This document shows positions 51,132-63,195 of a stretch of DNA of 64,000 bases, in pieces; positions within the stretch are counted from its first letter, which is position 1, and the number at the start of each line of letters is the position of its first letter. The notes below the pieces were generated by a model. That model saw nothing but the letters and a program-made list of their open reading frames with translations. It did not search any database and was not told where the DNA came from. The DNA is from an uncultured Actinomycetes bacterium (lineage in GTDB: Bacteria > Actinomycetota > Thermoleophilia > Gaiellales > Gaiellaceae). Both the position numbers and the translations under genes were made by a program. The stretch is taken from contig CAVPTP010000012.1 of NCBI GenBank assembly GCA_963708685.1, forward strand, positions 650 through 64,649, in the 5' to 3' direction.

Positions 51132-51741
51132 TCAGTAGCGGCGTGCGCGCTGGCGAAGCCCGGCGGTGACGAGAGCGGCGAGCGTGGTGACGAGGAGGAT
51201 CGCGAGGAGCCAGAAGGCGTGGCTACCGCCGCCGCCGCTCGCGCTGAACGCGGCGGAAAGCGCGCTCGGAGTCTCCGGAGTCGCCGGAACCGTGGTCACC
51301 GGCTTCGGCTGCGATCCGTGCTTCGCCTTCGATCCCGGCTTCGGCTTCGCTGCGGGCTTCGTCTTCGCCGGCGCCTGCTGCTCGGGCTCGCTCGTCTGCT
51401 GCAGTTGCTGTTGCGGCGCGCCGTAGGCCGACGACGAGACGACAGCACGAAGCGTCGCAGCGTCCTTGCCGCCGTGCGTGCTGAGCAACGTCCCGATCCG
51501 CTTCGACACCGCCTTGGATTTCGGTGCGCCGACCCCGCCCACGGCACCGCCGCCTCCGGTCGGGACGACCTCGATGTACTGGTCGATCGGCCGATGTGTC
51601 CGGCGGAGGCTTCGGCGGGCCCGCGGCGAGAGCCTGGCCCGGAGCCGCAAAGGCCGTCACGAGCAAGGAGGACCGCCAGGCCCGCGAGACGGCTGAGTGG
51701 CCAGTCGGTGCGCACGGCGAGCGGATACTGTAGCGCCTCAT
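51132..51741 (-). pseudogene. secreted, C-terminally anchored Pro/Lys/Ala-rich protein; frame break near 51592
   Basis: Signal-like WRSSLLVTAFAAPGQALA | IDQYIEVVPTGGGG...QQAPAKTKPAAKPKPGSKAKHGSQPKP...C-terminal TM segment FWLLAILLVTTLAALVTAGL followed by RQRARRY*. Confidence 0.55.
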
Positions 51742-53764
51742 GTCGGCGACCACCGCGCCCGGTCCGGCCACGGCCCCGCGGCCCTCGCCGACTCCCTCCC
51801 GGCTGCGCCGGCTTCCCCCCTCGGACATCCTGCTGACGATCGGGGTCGCGGCCGCGGTGTTCCTCGTCGCCTACGACAACGGCGGCTACGGCCTGGCGAG
51901 CCGGTCGGTCATCGGCATCGCGCTCTGGTGGGGGATCATCCTCGGAATCGGGCTCGGCCTCCTGCCGCTCGTGCGCCGGCCGCGCGAGGCGCTCGTGACC
52001 GGCGGCCTGCTCGCAGGCTTCGCGGTGTGGACGCTCGCCTCGACGGGCTGGGCGCCGAGCGCCGAGGCCGCGTTCAACGAGTTCAACCGCGTGTCGCTCT
52101 ACCTCGGGGTGTTCACGCTCGCCGTGCTGGGCGGAACGCGCGCCAACGTCGGTCGCTGGGCCGACGGTCTCGGTCTCGGAATCGCGGCTACCGGCATCGT
52201 TGCGCTCGCGAGCCGGCTGTTTCCGCACCTGTTCGACAACCACGCCGTCGCGGCGTTCCTGCCCTCGGCGCTGAGCCGGCTCAGCTTTCCCCTCGGCTAC
52301 TGGAACGGTCTCGCGATCTTCGTGGGAATGGGCTTTCCGCTCTGTTTGCGCGCCGCGGTCGGCCGGTCGCAACCCGGTTACGCGCAGCGTCGCTCTCGTC
52401 CCGCTGCCCGGCGTCGACTGCGGTTCTTTACCTGACGTCGTCTCGTGGGGGCGTCGCCGCTGCGCTCGCTCGGCAGCCTCGCCTTCCTCGCCCTGACGAA
52501 TCGCCGCTGGGCTGCCGTCGGCGCTCTCTTCGCAGCCGGCGTCGCGATCTCTGCTCGCCGTCATCGTCCTGTCAGACGCGGGACGCGCTCGTCGACGGGC
52601 CTGCGCGGCTCGCCGGCGGCGATCGCCGAGGGACGGCAGCGCCGCGCTGATGATCACCGGCTGCTGCCTGCTGGGCGGCGTGCTCTTTCTCGTCGGCGAG
52701 AGCGGTGCTGCGCAACACCGCGCGACCGAGCCGCGACTTCGGCCGCGCGCTCGTCGCCGCGCTCGCTTTCGCGGTCATCGCCGCCGTGCTCCTCGCGCAT
52801 CCGGTCCGTCGTTTCGACAACTTCAAGCAGGTGCCTAGCGAGGCCGGCAGCAGCACATCACCGAACTTCGTCCGCTCACACCTCCTCTCCGGCAACGGCA
52901 GCGGACGCTGGCAATTCTGGGCTTCGGCCGTCGACGAGTTCAGGACGGCACCGGTGGCCGGCCGAGGCGCCGGCTCCTACGAGTCGTGGTGGGCGCAGCA
53001 CGGCAGCTTCGCGTACTTCCTGCGCAATGCGCATTCGCTCTACCTCGAGACGCTCGGCGAGCTCGGGCTCGTCGGGCTCGCGCTCCTCGGCGGCGCGTTC
53101 CTCACAGGCCTCGGCTCGGCCGTCCAGCGGCTCCGCTGGGCCCGCGGCGAGGAGCGGACGACGATCGCAGCGCTCGCCGCGACGTTCGTCGCGTTCGGGG
53201 TCGGCGCCGCGATCGACTGGGTCTGGCAGCTCACCGTCATCGGCCTGGTCGCGATGGCGTGCCTCGGCCTCATGGTCGGCCCGGCGACAGCGACGCGGCC
53301 GTGGTCCGCCGTCGCCGCGCGACGTCGCGAGAGGCAGCCGCAGTCGCTGCGGTACGCCGCGGGAGCGGCGGTCCTCGTCGGCGCGTGGCTCCTCGTGTGC
53401 GCGCAGGCGATCCCGTGGCTCTCGGACGCGAAGATCTCCGACAGCCAGGCGGCCGTCCGCAGCGGCGACGGCACCGCAGCGCTCAAGGACGCGCTCGACG
53501 CGAAGAGCCTGCAGCCGTGGGCGTCGTCGCCGTACCTCCAGCTCGCGCTCGTGGAGGAGGAGTCGGGACACGTCTCGCGCGCGCGGCACTGGATCGCCGA
53601 GGCGATCGACAGGAACGACAGCGACTGGCGCCTCTGGCTCGTCTCGGCTCGCGCTCGAGACGGAGGCGGGTCGCGTTCGAGCCGCGCGCCGGAGCCTCGC
53701 GCGCGCCGTCGAGCTGAATCCCCGCTCGCCTCTCTTCCGCGGCGTTGCCGCCGGGAGGACGTGA
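51740..53764 (+). pseudogene. O-antigen ligase/polymerase-like (Wzy_C) membrane protein with C-terminal TPR-like region; at least 6 frame breaks
   Basis: Many TM segments. GYWNGLAIFVG, YLTSSRGG, and NAHSLYLETLGELGLVGL (Wzy_C signature). Tail: ...DAKSLQPWASSPYLQLAL...AVELNPRSPLF. Confidence 0.75.
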
Positions 53765-53867
53765 ACGGCGTTCGGCGGTCGGCAGCTTCCTCGTCTATCG
53801 TGCCGTAGGACAGGCGACGGAGAGGGATCGTCAACTGGACAGGGGTCCCGCAGGAGGGCAGGAGCAC

Positions 53868-55311
53868 ATGCGTGACGGCTCGAGCGGGGAACGGTTGCTC
53901 GAGCGGAAGGCGTACCGCGGAGGCGGTACCTGCACCGGCCTGCGCCGTTCTCGCTCGCGCGACGCGAAGGGCTCTGGCGCGACGCGCTGCTCCGCCGGAT
54001 GCTCGCGCTCGCCGACCTCACGGCCGTGGTCGCCGCGAGCGTCGCGCTCGGCCTTTCGGCGGACGGCCGGCTCGACTACGCACTCTGGTCGGCCGTCTTC
54101 GCGCCCGCCTGGCTCGTGCTCGCGAAGCTGAACGGCCTCTACGACCGCGACCAGCGCTCGCTCAGGCACCTGACGGTGGACGAGTTCCCGCGGATCCTCG
54201 TCTGGGCGCTGATGAGCACGGCGCTGCTCGCGCTCTTCCTCACGTTCACGCCGGTCGGCGATCTCTCGCTCGCCACCGCCGCGCGCGCGTGGCTCGCCGC
54301 GAGCGTCGTCGCATTCGCGCTGCGCGGCGGTCGCGCGCCTCGTCTGGAGGCAGATCACGCCGCCGGAGCGCACGCTGATCGTCGGCGACGGGCCGCTGGC
54401 GCTCGCCACCTGGCGAAAGATCGAGCTCTTCTCCGACATCCACGTCAGCGTCGTCGCCGAGCGCAACGAGCTCACGGTCGACGACCTGCGCGACTCGCCC
54501 GACTGCCTCGACGGCGTCGACCGCATCATCGTCGCGTCGTCGGCGATCGACGAGTCGCTGATCGCGGAGCTCGTCGCGATCTGCCGCCGCAGGCAGATCA
54601 AGCTGAGCGTCGTCCCGCCGGCGCGCGGCATGTTCGGCACGGCGGTTCAGCTCAGCCACGTCGCCGATCTGCCGGTCGTCGAGTACAACACCTGGGACGA
54701 TCCCGCGGTCGACGCTCTTTCTCAAGCGCGCGATGGACGTCGTCGTCTCGCTGCCGTGCTCTGCTCGTCCTCTCGCCGCTCTTCGTGCTGATCGCGCGCG
54801 GCGATCGTGCTCGACAGCCGCGGCCCGGTCATCTTCGCGCAGACGCGGGCGGGGCAGCGCCGCCGCTCCTTCCGGATGCTCAAGTTCCGGACGATGGTGG
54901 CGGACGCCGAGGATCTGCTGTCGGCGCTCGTGCCCTTCGACAAGCTCCGCGAGCCGGTGTTCAAGCTCCACGACGACCCGCGCGTGACGCGCGTCGGCCG
55001 GTTGCTGCGCCGGACGAGCCTCGACGAGCTGCCGCAGCTCGTCAACGTGCTGCTCGGCGACATGAGCCTCGTCGGCCCGCGCCCCGAGCAGGTCGAGCTC
55101 GTCGACCGCTACGAGGCCGCGCACATGTTCCGGCTCGCGGTCAAGCCGGGAATCACCGGCCCGATGCAGATCTACGGGCGCGGGCAGCTCGACGTTCGAG
55201 GAGCGGCTCTCGGTCGAGCGCGAGTACGTCGAGAACCTCTCCGTCGGCCGCGACGTCCGGATCCTCGCGCTGACGATCGCGCCCGTGATCCGCGGCACCG
55301 GCGCGTTCTGA
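53868..55311 (+). pseudogene. polyprenyl-phosphate sugar phosphotransferase (WbaP/bacterial sugar transferase family, priming enzyme); at least 5 frame breaks
   Basis: GGAGG/AGGAG precedes ATG 53868. TM-rich N-terminus, Rossmann-like middle (TLIVGDGPLA). KRAMDVVVS, RGPVIFAQTRAG...FRMLKFRTM, DELPQLVNVLLGDMSLVGPRP, KPGITGPMQ. Confidence 0.82.
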
Positions 55312-55333
55312 CGGAGACGGGCGCTCACAACCC

Positions 55334-56079
55334 TCAGCGGGCCGCATGGAAGTCGAACCATCCCCATCTGCTCGAGCGGGCCGCGACCGTTCGATCCGCG
55401 CGAGCCACTGATACGCGACGCTCTCGACGTCGTCCCACGGCCGAGTGCTGGCTCCGGGAACGGCCCTGAGCTGCCGGCTTCGAACACACGGTTCAGTGAA
55501 ACGGCGCCGAACACGGCCACGCGTGGCCGACGGTCGAGCTCGGATATCGGCCACGGATCGTTGTGCGCCGTCTGATCGACGATCTTGAAACGACGGTATC
55601 CGAGGCCATGGAGGATCATCAGGTACTCGAGTCGGTGCGCCTCGACTGACAGGTACTGCGGAGCCGTCGCGGGGTCAGGGCGCGAGGCAATGGATGTCGG
55701 CGCCTTCGATGTCGATCTTCATGAAGTACGGGACGCCGTATGTGTCGATCAGCTGGCCGAGCGTGACGCAATTGACCTCGCTGACGACGCAGGCCCCCGC
55801 TGTCTCGGTCTGCGATGGCGGGGTCGAGGGAGCTCCAGTCGGTCTTCCGCGGATTGATCCAGAACTCCGCCGCGCCCGGCGGGTCGCGAGATCGCAGCCT
55901 CGACGATCTTGACCTTTCCGGCCGCAAGAGCTTCGGCGAACCGTTCTCGTGCGCGCGCCGCGAGCTCCGGGTTCGCCTCGACCGAATGACACGGCAGCCG
56001 TGGCGAGGTAGTGCGCAGTGTCGGCGCCGTCGTGCATGCCGAGGTCGAAGACGACTCGGCGGTCCGTCTGTACGGTCAT
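55334..56079 (-). pseudogene. FkbM-family methyltransferase; at least 4 frame breaks; 3' end approximate
   Basis: VVFDLGMHDGADTAHYL | AEFWINPRKTDWSSL | VTLGQLIDTYGVPYFMKIDIEGADIHCL | YLMILHGLGYRRFKIVDQ. Confidence 0.65.
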
Positions 56080-56339
56080 CGATCGGCGGGCCCGTGCTCG
56101 CTCGAGCACGAGGTACTGGGCCGACCCGGCCGGGTCGTGCTTTCTCGCCTTCCATTCTCGCCGCGTTAGCCCGCGCACGGGCGCCACGACCGCCGCGGTC
56201 GCGGTTTCGTGGCAACGAGCGCGACCCGCAGAGCTCTGCGCCCGAAAGAGGCTCGCCCGAGCCGCTCCTCGCGCGGACCGGTGAGCACGGAACAGCACGT
56301 GTCCGCCGTCGAGCGCCGCCCGACACAGGCGCTGGCGAG

Positions 56340-57036
56340 GGCCCGAACACCTTGTGACTTACCTTCGGGCCCGGCCTCGAGGAGGAACTCGATCCCTCCC
56401 CAGAACTGATTGGAGAAGAACGCTTCGACGACCGTGAAGCCGTTCGAGCCGAATACGGCGTCCGACCTCATCGCTCGTCACGCGCCGCAGGTGACCGTCG
56501 TCGTCGTGCGCGAAGCGCAACTCGCCGGTGGCTGTTTGCTCGAGGCCCGCGTTCGCTGCACCATCCGCTCCTCGAGCGATCCGTCGTTCCGGCAGGGCAG
56601 GCAGACGCAGATCCACCGGTCGGCGAGCCGCGACATCTCGGCCGCCGTCTCCTCCAGCGACAGCACGTGCTCCAGCACGTGATACGAGAACACGAGGTCG
56701 AACGCCCGGTCGTCGTAGGGAGCGAGGTCGCCGTCGAACGCCGCGAACGTGGCGTCTGGGAAATCGGACGCCGCGCGCTCGACGGCTGCCTCGGAGACGT
56801 CGAGGCCGGTTATCCGTGCATTCGGAAACCGCTGTCGCAGGATCGGTGTCCACGCCCCCCGGCCGCAGCCGAAGTCGAGGATCGTCCGAACGGGCTCAGC
56901 GGGAATCGTCGGAGGACCTCGGCGACTCGCTCCAGCTCGAGCGGTGAGTGCTCGGCCATGTAAGTCCGCCATAGCGTTCGTCGTAGTACGACTTCAGCGA
57001 CGCGGAGTCCTGCGGCAAAGCGTGCCCACGAGACAC
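56340..57036 (-). pseudogene. class I SAM-dependent methyltransferase (Methyltransf_11/23-like); at least 4 frame breaks; 3' end uncertain
   Basis: LKSYYDERYGG | YMAEHSPLELERVAEVLRR | ILDFGCGRGAWTPIL...ITGLDVSEAAV...FDLVFSYHVLEHV | GELRFAHDDDGHL | GFTVVEAFFSNQFWGG. Confidence 0.65.
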
Positions 57037-57047
57037 GACGGGGCAGG

Positions 57048-58184
57048 CTATCCGATCAGGCCGGCTCGGACGAGGCGTGCCGCATGCCGTAACGCCGTCG
57101 CGTACAGCGTCTCCATCCGCGCCGCCATGATCTCGGGGAGGAATCGCCGTCGCGCCGTGTCGCGTCCGGCGGCGGCAAGGGTACCTCGTAGGGACGCGTC
57201 CTCGACCAGCCGCTGGAGCGCGTTCGCGAAGGCCGACGCGTCGTCTGGCCTCACGACGAGGCCAGACCGACCGTCGGTCACGATCTCGGGGACGACGCCC
57301 ACGCGCGTGGCCACGACCGCCCGCGCGGCAGCCATCGCCTCCATCACCGTCAGAGGGCCGACCTCGCGGCTCGACGTGAGTGCGAAGATGTCCATTCGCC
57401 GCAGCGCCGTCACCGCGTCGTGCGGCGTCGCGTCGATCTCTACGACGTCGTCGAGCCCGAGGCGTCCGCGCGTCGGCGACGAGTTGCCGGTGGAGCGGCC
57501 CGTTGCCGATGAGCAAGGCCGCGAAAGGACACGCCGCGGAGGTGGAGCTCGGCGAGCGCTTCGAGGAAAAGATCGAGGCGCTTCTGCTCGTACAGCCGAG
57601 CAAACGTGCCGATCACCACGGGCGTACGCGCCGGCGGGGGATCCAGGCGAAGCAGCGGCTCCGCGTCGATCGCGTTGTGGATCTTCACGCACCGCTGTCT
57701 GCGCGCCATCCGGTGCTCGACCGCGCTCTCGTACTCCTCGTCCGAGACGACGTGGAGGCAGTCAGTCCACGGCGCAAGGACCCTCTCGACCAGATAGAAG
57801 GCTGCGCGTGCGAGCGCACCGCCCTCGTACGCCTGGAAGGCGAAGTTGTGCGGCGAGTAGACGACCGGGACGCCCTCCGAGCGCGCCGCAAGCCTCCCGA
57901 GCACCCCTGCCTTCGAGCTGTGGAGGTGGACGACATCGGGCCGACAGCTTCGAACGACCCGGCGCAGCCTCACGAGATGCACCAGGTCCATCCGTGGCCG
58001 CACCGAGCGGTCGATCGGCATCGTCCAGACACGGGCGCCGAACCCGCGCGCGGCATCGGCTGCGTTCCCGGCCGGAGTGGCAGACCACGCCGACGTCGTG
58101 ACGCTGGACCTGGTCGCGCGCGAGGAGAAGCATCACTGCGACCGCGCCGCCGTACGGCGGCTGAACGACGTGCAGGATCCGCAC
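57048..58184 (-). pseudogene. glycosyltransferase family 4; about 4 frame breaks
   Basis: VRILHVVQPPYGGAVAV | DVVHLHSSKAGVLGRL...VVYSPHNFAF | GNGPLHRQL | MDIFALTSSREVGPLTVMEAMAAARAVVATRVGVVPEIV. Confidence 0.8.
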
Positions 58185-58209
58185 GCGCCCGACGCTAGCG
58201 GCCGGTCTG

Positions 58210-59776
58210 ATGCCGCCGCAACGGCCTACAGTAGGGCGCGTGCGGGCCGGGGAGACCGAAGTCGTGGCCCGCACGACGAGCCGTGGGCTTGCGCGCGCCG
58301 GCTTCATCGGTATCGGCGGCGACGGCGGCCGCAGCCCTCTTCGGTTGGCTGCGCGCGAAGGGTCTCGCCGTGACTCTCGGCCCGGCGCGCGTCGGCCTGT
58401 ACGGGCAGGTCTGGGCGTTCGTCATTTACGTCGCCGGCTTCGCCTCCCTCGGGATCGGGATCGGGACGACCGTCGTACGTGGCCTCGCATCGCGCGCGGA
58501 ACGAGCGCGCCGAGATCGCGGCGGTGACGCGGATGTCGCTCGTCCTCCCCGCGGTCGCGAGCGCCGTGATCGCGCTCCTGACGCTCGCACTGGCATCGTT
58601 GCTGTCCCCGCTCGTGCTGGGCGAGCACTTGCCCTGGCTGATCGTCCTCGCCGCGTTGTCGATCCCCTTCGCCACCATGCAGCTGCCGCTGCAGCACGTG
58701 CTCCAGGGCTTCGAGGACGTCGGCGGACAGAACGTCGTCTACGTCGTCTACTCCGCCGTGTTCACGGTCACGGTGCTCGTGGGCGCGTATGTCGGCGGGC
58801 TCTACGGCGCGGTCATCGGCCTGGCGATCGGCAACGCGGTTCTCGCCGGGCTCTACCTGGGACGGACTGGCCGGCTGCTCGCGCTCGCGCGCGCGCCCCT
58901 CCGCGGTGCTCGCCGCGGCGCCGGCTCCGCGGGGCCGCTGCTTCGAATCGGGGCGGCGTCGCTCGCGGTCACCGTCGTCTACGGCGCAGCGGACCTCGCC
59001 GTTCGCACGACGCTCCTCCACACGAATGGATCGCGCTCCGCCGGGTACTGGTTCGCGCTGCTCACGGTCAGCGTCCAGTTCATCGCCTCGCTCGCGGGCG
59101 CGATGAGCTACTTCACCGCGCCGCTCGCCGCCCGCGCGGTCGGCGAAGGCAAGCGCGAAGAGACGCAGCGGCTGCTGGACGACTCGCTGCGGCTCGCGAT
59201 TCGGCGTGATCATGCCGGCGATCGTGCTCCTGATCGCGATCCGTCACGGGATCGTCGGCATCCTTTTCAGCGACGCGTTCGACCCGATCGCCCGCTGGCT
59301 GCCCATCCAGCTGACCGGCGACGCCGTCCGCACCGTCGGCTGGGTCCTCGGGGTCGCGCTGGTGCCGCTCGGACTGACGCGCGTCGTGGCTCGTCGACGG
59401 GCGTCGGCGCCTCGATCGTGCTTCGCCGGCGTCGGCTCGCTCTTCGCAGCGCACTGGGGTCTGGGTGGAGCGGCGTCCGCGTGGCTGATCACCTGGACCG
59501 CCTCGACGATTGCCGTGGTTGTCGTTTTGATCCGCAAAGGCTTCTGGCGGCCGTCGCGGCGGACGCTCGCGGGTCTGCTCGTGACGGCAGCCGCCGTTGC
59601 GGCAACCACCGCTTTTCCAGGGGCGATCGGGGTCGTGGTCACCGCCCTCGCGACGGCGGCGCTCGGCGCAACGCTCGCCGCGGCCGGGAGAGCGCACGCG
59701 CATCCTCCGCGCCGTCGCGGGCGCTGCTACGGACGTGACCTCGCGCCGGAGTCCCGCTCTATCCTCCCGCGGGTGA
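58210..59776 (+). pseudogene. oligosaccharide flippase (Wzx / polysaccharide biosynthesis protein family); at least 4 frame breaks
   Basis: 12-14 TM segments across three frames: LGPARVGLYGQVWAFVIYVAGFASLGIG, MQLPLQHVLQGFEDVGGQN, YWFALLTVSVQFIASLAGAMSYF, LPIQLTGDAVRTVGWVLGVAL. The stop forms a GTGA overlap with the next gene. Confidence 0.72.
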
Positions 59777-60484
59777 GCAGGCCCTGGCTGAATCTCGGAT
59801 GCGGACGGCGACCCCTCGAGGGATTCGTGAACGTCGATCTGCTTGAAGCGCCCGGTGTCGACCTCGTCGCCGACGTCAGCGGCCGGCTGCCGTTCGAGGA
59901 CGGCAGCGCCGAGCTCGTCTACGCGAGCCACGTGCTCGAGCACTTGCCGACCGCGCGGGTGCCGGATGTCCTCAGCGAGTGGCGTCGCGTGCTCGCCGAC
60001 GGTGGACAGCTGCTCGTTGCGGTGCCCGATCTCGACCGGATCGCAAAGCTGCTCGTCTCGCGCGCCGGGTGGTTCACTCCGCCGCACCAGCCGTGGGTCG
60101 GCGTGGTGTACGGCGGCCAGAAGGACGAGCTCGACTTCCACAAGACCGGCTTCACCGAGCCTTGGCTCGCGTCACTGCTTGACGACGCCGGCTTCGGGTC
60201 GACCGAGCGCGTCGAGCGGTTCGCGGAGGTCGGAGCGAACGACGCCTCGTGGTCGCCGCTCCCGTTCGGCACGAACATCTCGCTGAACATGCGCGCGGTG
60301 GCCGGCGCCGAAGCGCTCGCGGCCGGAGCTGTTCCAGCGCGAGCGATTCAACGTCGCGTTCGACGCGGTCGATCGCGCGCTGACGTTCGCGCTGCGGGGA
60401 TCCGCGTTCGCGCGGTCACGGCTGATGCAGCGCCGACGTCGTCGGCTCGAGGACGCCCTCGCCGGCCCGCGCCGACGCGCGTGA
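59773..60484 (+). pseudogene. SAM-dependent methyltransferase (COG4627-like), copy 1; frame break near 60325 (gg run)
   Basis: VSRPWLNLGCGRRPLEGFVNVD, ELVYASHVLEHL, LADGGQLLVAVPD | ELFQRERFNVAFDAVDRALTF...RRRA*. Confidence 0.75.
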
Positions 60485-61259
60485 GTCGGCCGGTGTCGCC
60501 GGCGCACCACCGTCTTCCCGGGTTCTTTCCGCGCCGTCGTCGGTGGGGCGAACCCGTCGTCGACGAGCGCAGCGGCCGAACTCTGCTGCGGCCGCGGCCC
60601 GGCGCACGACTCCACCTCGGCTGCGGCGACGTCTATCTACGCGGTTACCTCAACGTCGACTATCCGGCCGGGCTCGGCGTCGCATCTGGCACGAGCCGTC
60701 CCGACCTCGCGGCCGACATCGTGGCCCTCGACGCTCCGGAACGGGTGCTCGCCGAGGTGAGGCTGCACCACGTCTTCGAGCACTTCGAGCGCGCCGTCGC
60801 CCTCGCGCTGCTCGTGCGGTGGTTCGACTGGCTCGAGCCAGGCGGTGTCCTGACCGTCGAGACGCCCGACTTCGAGCGCTGTGTCGAGGGGTTCGCGCGA
60901 CAGGTCGCTGGAGGAGCAATCCATCATCCTGCGGCACGTGTTCGGCTCGCAGGAGGCGCCGTGGGCGCGACACCTGGACGGCTGGTCCGCACGACGCTTC
61001 CGCGAGGTGCTCGCCCGGCTCGGCTTCGAGCGGATCGACACCGGCGCCACCGTCTCCGACGAGCGCGGCTTGCTCGTCAACGTCCTCGTCCGCGCCGAGA
61101 AGCCCTCGCCCGCGGCGCCGCGCGATGCACGCGCCGCCGCAGCGGTTGCCATCCTGAGGCAGGCCATGAACGGCGCGAACCCGACCGAGGAGCGGCTGGC
61201 CGCGCAGGTGGGTGGAGACGTTCGAGCGCACGCTCGCCGACGGTGCTCGCCTGACTTGA
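60481..61259 (+). pseudogene. SAM-dependent methyltransferase, copy 2 (tandem paralogue); frame breaks near 60895 and 61205
   Basis: VSRPVSP...RLHLGCGDVYLRGYLNVDY, VRLHHVFEHF, LEPGGVLTVETPD | SLEEQSIILRHVFGSQEAPWARHLDGW...GFERI | WVETFERTLADGARLT*. Confidence 0.72.
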
Positions 61260-61267
61260 CGGAGGCG

Positions 61268-62050
61268 CTACACGCCGAGGAGCGAGCGCGTGCGCAGCTT
61301 CGCCGCGCGCGAGGAGTGGACGACGGCGCCGACGGCCGCAGCGCGGTCGAGGGGGCGTGCTCGCCACCGCCGGCGCATGTGCAGGGCGAGACGCTGCTGC
61401 AAGCGGCGACGCCGCGCGGCTCAACCGATCGGGCCCGGCATCGTCGTAGATCGCGACGACATCGGACGTCGCCACGATCCGTGCTCCCGCGTCTGCGAGA
61501 TCGAGCCACAGGCAGTAGTCCTCGAGGCCGGCGAGCATCGTGTCCTCGGGGAAGCCGCGCGCCGCCAGTGAGCGCCGCATGGTCACGGTCGAAAGGACGA
61601 GCAGGTTGTAGCGAAACAGCGCCGTCCGGCTCACGTGCCCGACCCACGGCACGTACACGCCGCCGTTCGAGCGGCGCCGGGCAGCCGAGGCGATCACGTC
61701 CCAGGCAGTCCGTGTACTGCTGCTGGCGCTCGAGCTTGTCCGGCAGCCACTCGTCGTCATCGTCGAGCATCGCCACCCACTCGCCGCGCGCGAGCTCGAT
61801 CAGCCGATTGCGCCCGACAGCAGGCCTCCCGGCGGGCTGGACCCTCGTGGAGCTCGATCCGCCGATGCAGCGCCGCGAACTGCCGCAGCTGCCGGCGCGT
61901 CTCGAGGCCCGATCCGTCGTCCCAGACGAGCACCTCCTCCGGAGGAGCCGTCTGCGCGAGCGCGGACCGAACCGCGCGCATGCAGAGCTCGGCCCGCTCG
62001 TGAGTGGTGACGATGACGCTGACGCTGGACCGCGCGCCCGTGACGGTCAA
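61268..62050 (-). pseudogene. glycosyltransferase family 2; about 3 frame breaks
   Basis: VSVIVTTHERAELCMRAVRSALAQT...EVLVWDDGS | WVAMLDDDDEWLPDKLE | VSTVTMRRSL...FPEDTMLAGLEDYCLWLDL. The TTG start forms a TTGA overlap with the upstream stop. Confidence 0.78.
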
Positions 62051-63195
62051 GGCGAAGCGCCGTTCGCCGCACCGACCGGCGCTCTGGCCGCGAGCTCGAG
62101 GAAGAGCTGCTCGTACGCGTCGATGACGTCGGGCCAGCGGTGCCGCTCCCGCCAAGCGCTCTGCCCGGCCTGTGCGAGTTCCTCGCGCTCCGTCGGCGTG
62201 CGCGCCAGCCGCGCGCCTGCCGCGACGAGCTCGTCGAGCCCTTCGACGACGATCCCGCCGGCAAGCTCGCGCACGTTCCCGACGTCGTAGCTGACCCAGG
62301 GAACACCGGCCGCCATCGCTTCGAGGATCACGATCGGCGCGCACTCGATTTGCGACGCGAAGAGGAACACGTCCGCCTCGACCAGCTCTCGCTCAACTGC
62401 GCCGGCGGGCCTGCCGTCCGCGAATCGAACCGGCGAACGCGGGCGGAGGGATTCGACGAAGCACCGCGGCTGGCAGCCGCGCGCGAAGTCGCGTCCCCGC
62501 CGCGGCGGCGCGACGACGACGCCGCGTGCGCAGGCGTCTGCGACGAGATCGAGCGGACGGCTTCGATGAAGTCGCCGTGTCCCTTGCTCCGCACGTGGCT
62601 TCCGACCGTCACGAAGACTGTCGTCGCTGCGCGCGGACGCCGCCGCCTCGGCGAAGGGTCGTCCGCAGCGTTCGGGAATCACGTGCATCGCCGAGGCCGG
62701 CACGTCCGACGCGACTGCGAACTCCCAGTCCCGGTACACGCCCGAGTGAAAGACGAGCGCGTCGTAGTGCGGCAGCCACGCTCGCATGCGCGCGAAGTAG
62801 GCAGAGTAGTCCGGGTCGTCGCAACGCCGAGTATCCGCACGGAGCGAGGACGAGCCGGTACGGCCGCGGCTCGGACGCGAGGGGGCCGAAAGCATCGGCG
62901 TGCCACGTTTGCGCCGCGTAGTTGAAGACCACGTCGGGACGGAGTTCGTCGACATGCCTGAGCACGGCGCCGCACGTCGCCGCGGATCCCGCGGACGCTG
63001 TTGCCCCGGACGGGGAAGCGCTCGACGCGCACGCCGTTCAAGAAGCTCGGTGCTCCGGCGGCCCGTCGTGACGACGATCACGTCGTGACCGCGAGCCGCC
63101 AGCCCCTCGCTGACGCGCTGAACGACGCGCTCCGCCCCGCCGATCAACGGCGCGTACCGTTCCACGGTGTGGACGAGCTTCAGCGGACGACGCAT
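62047..63195 (-). pseudogene. glycosyltransferase family 4; at least 5 frame breaks
   Basis: LKLVHTVERYAPLIGGAERVVQRVSEGLAARGHDVIVVT | DVVFNYAAQTW | YDALVFHSG | DVFLFASQIECAPIVILEAMAAGVPWVSYDVGNVRELAGG. Confidence 0.78.

Noticed and set aside
51132-51650. The ORF-track version of the anchored protein, starting MRLRARLSPRARRSLRR at 51650.
   Set aside because: That N-terminus is Arg-rich shadow-frame sequence. A signal-peptide-bearing N-terminus in the adjacent frame (start 51741) joins it through one frame break near 51592, which is more plausible for a protein with a C-terminal anchor.
56090-56340. A possible extra small gene or N-terminal extension (…HETATAAVVAPVRGLTRREWKARKHDPAGSAQYLVLER…) between the class I methyltransferase and the FkbM gene.
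   Set aside because: GC3 is moderate but no motif or start/stop structure can be resolved. With this density of frame breaks the segment cannot be assigned to either neighbour or to a separate gene.
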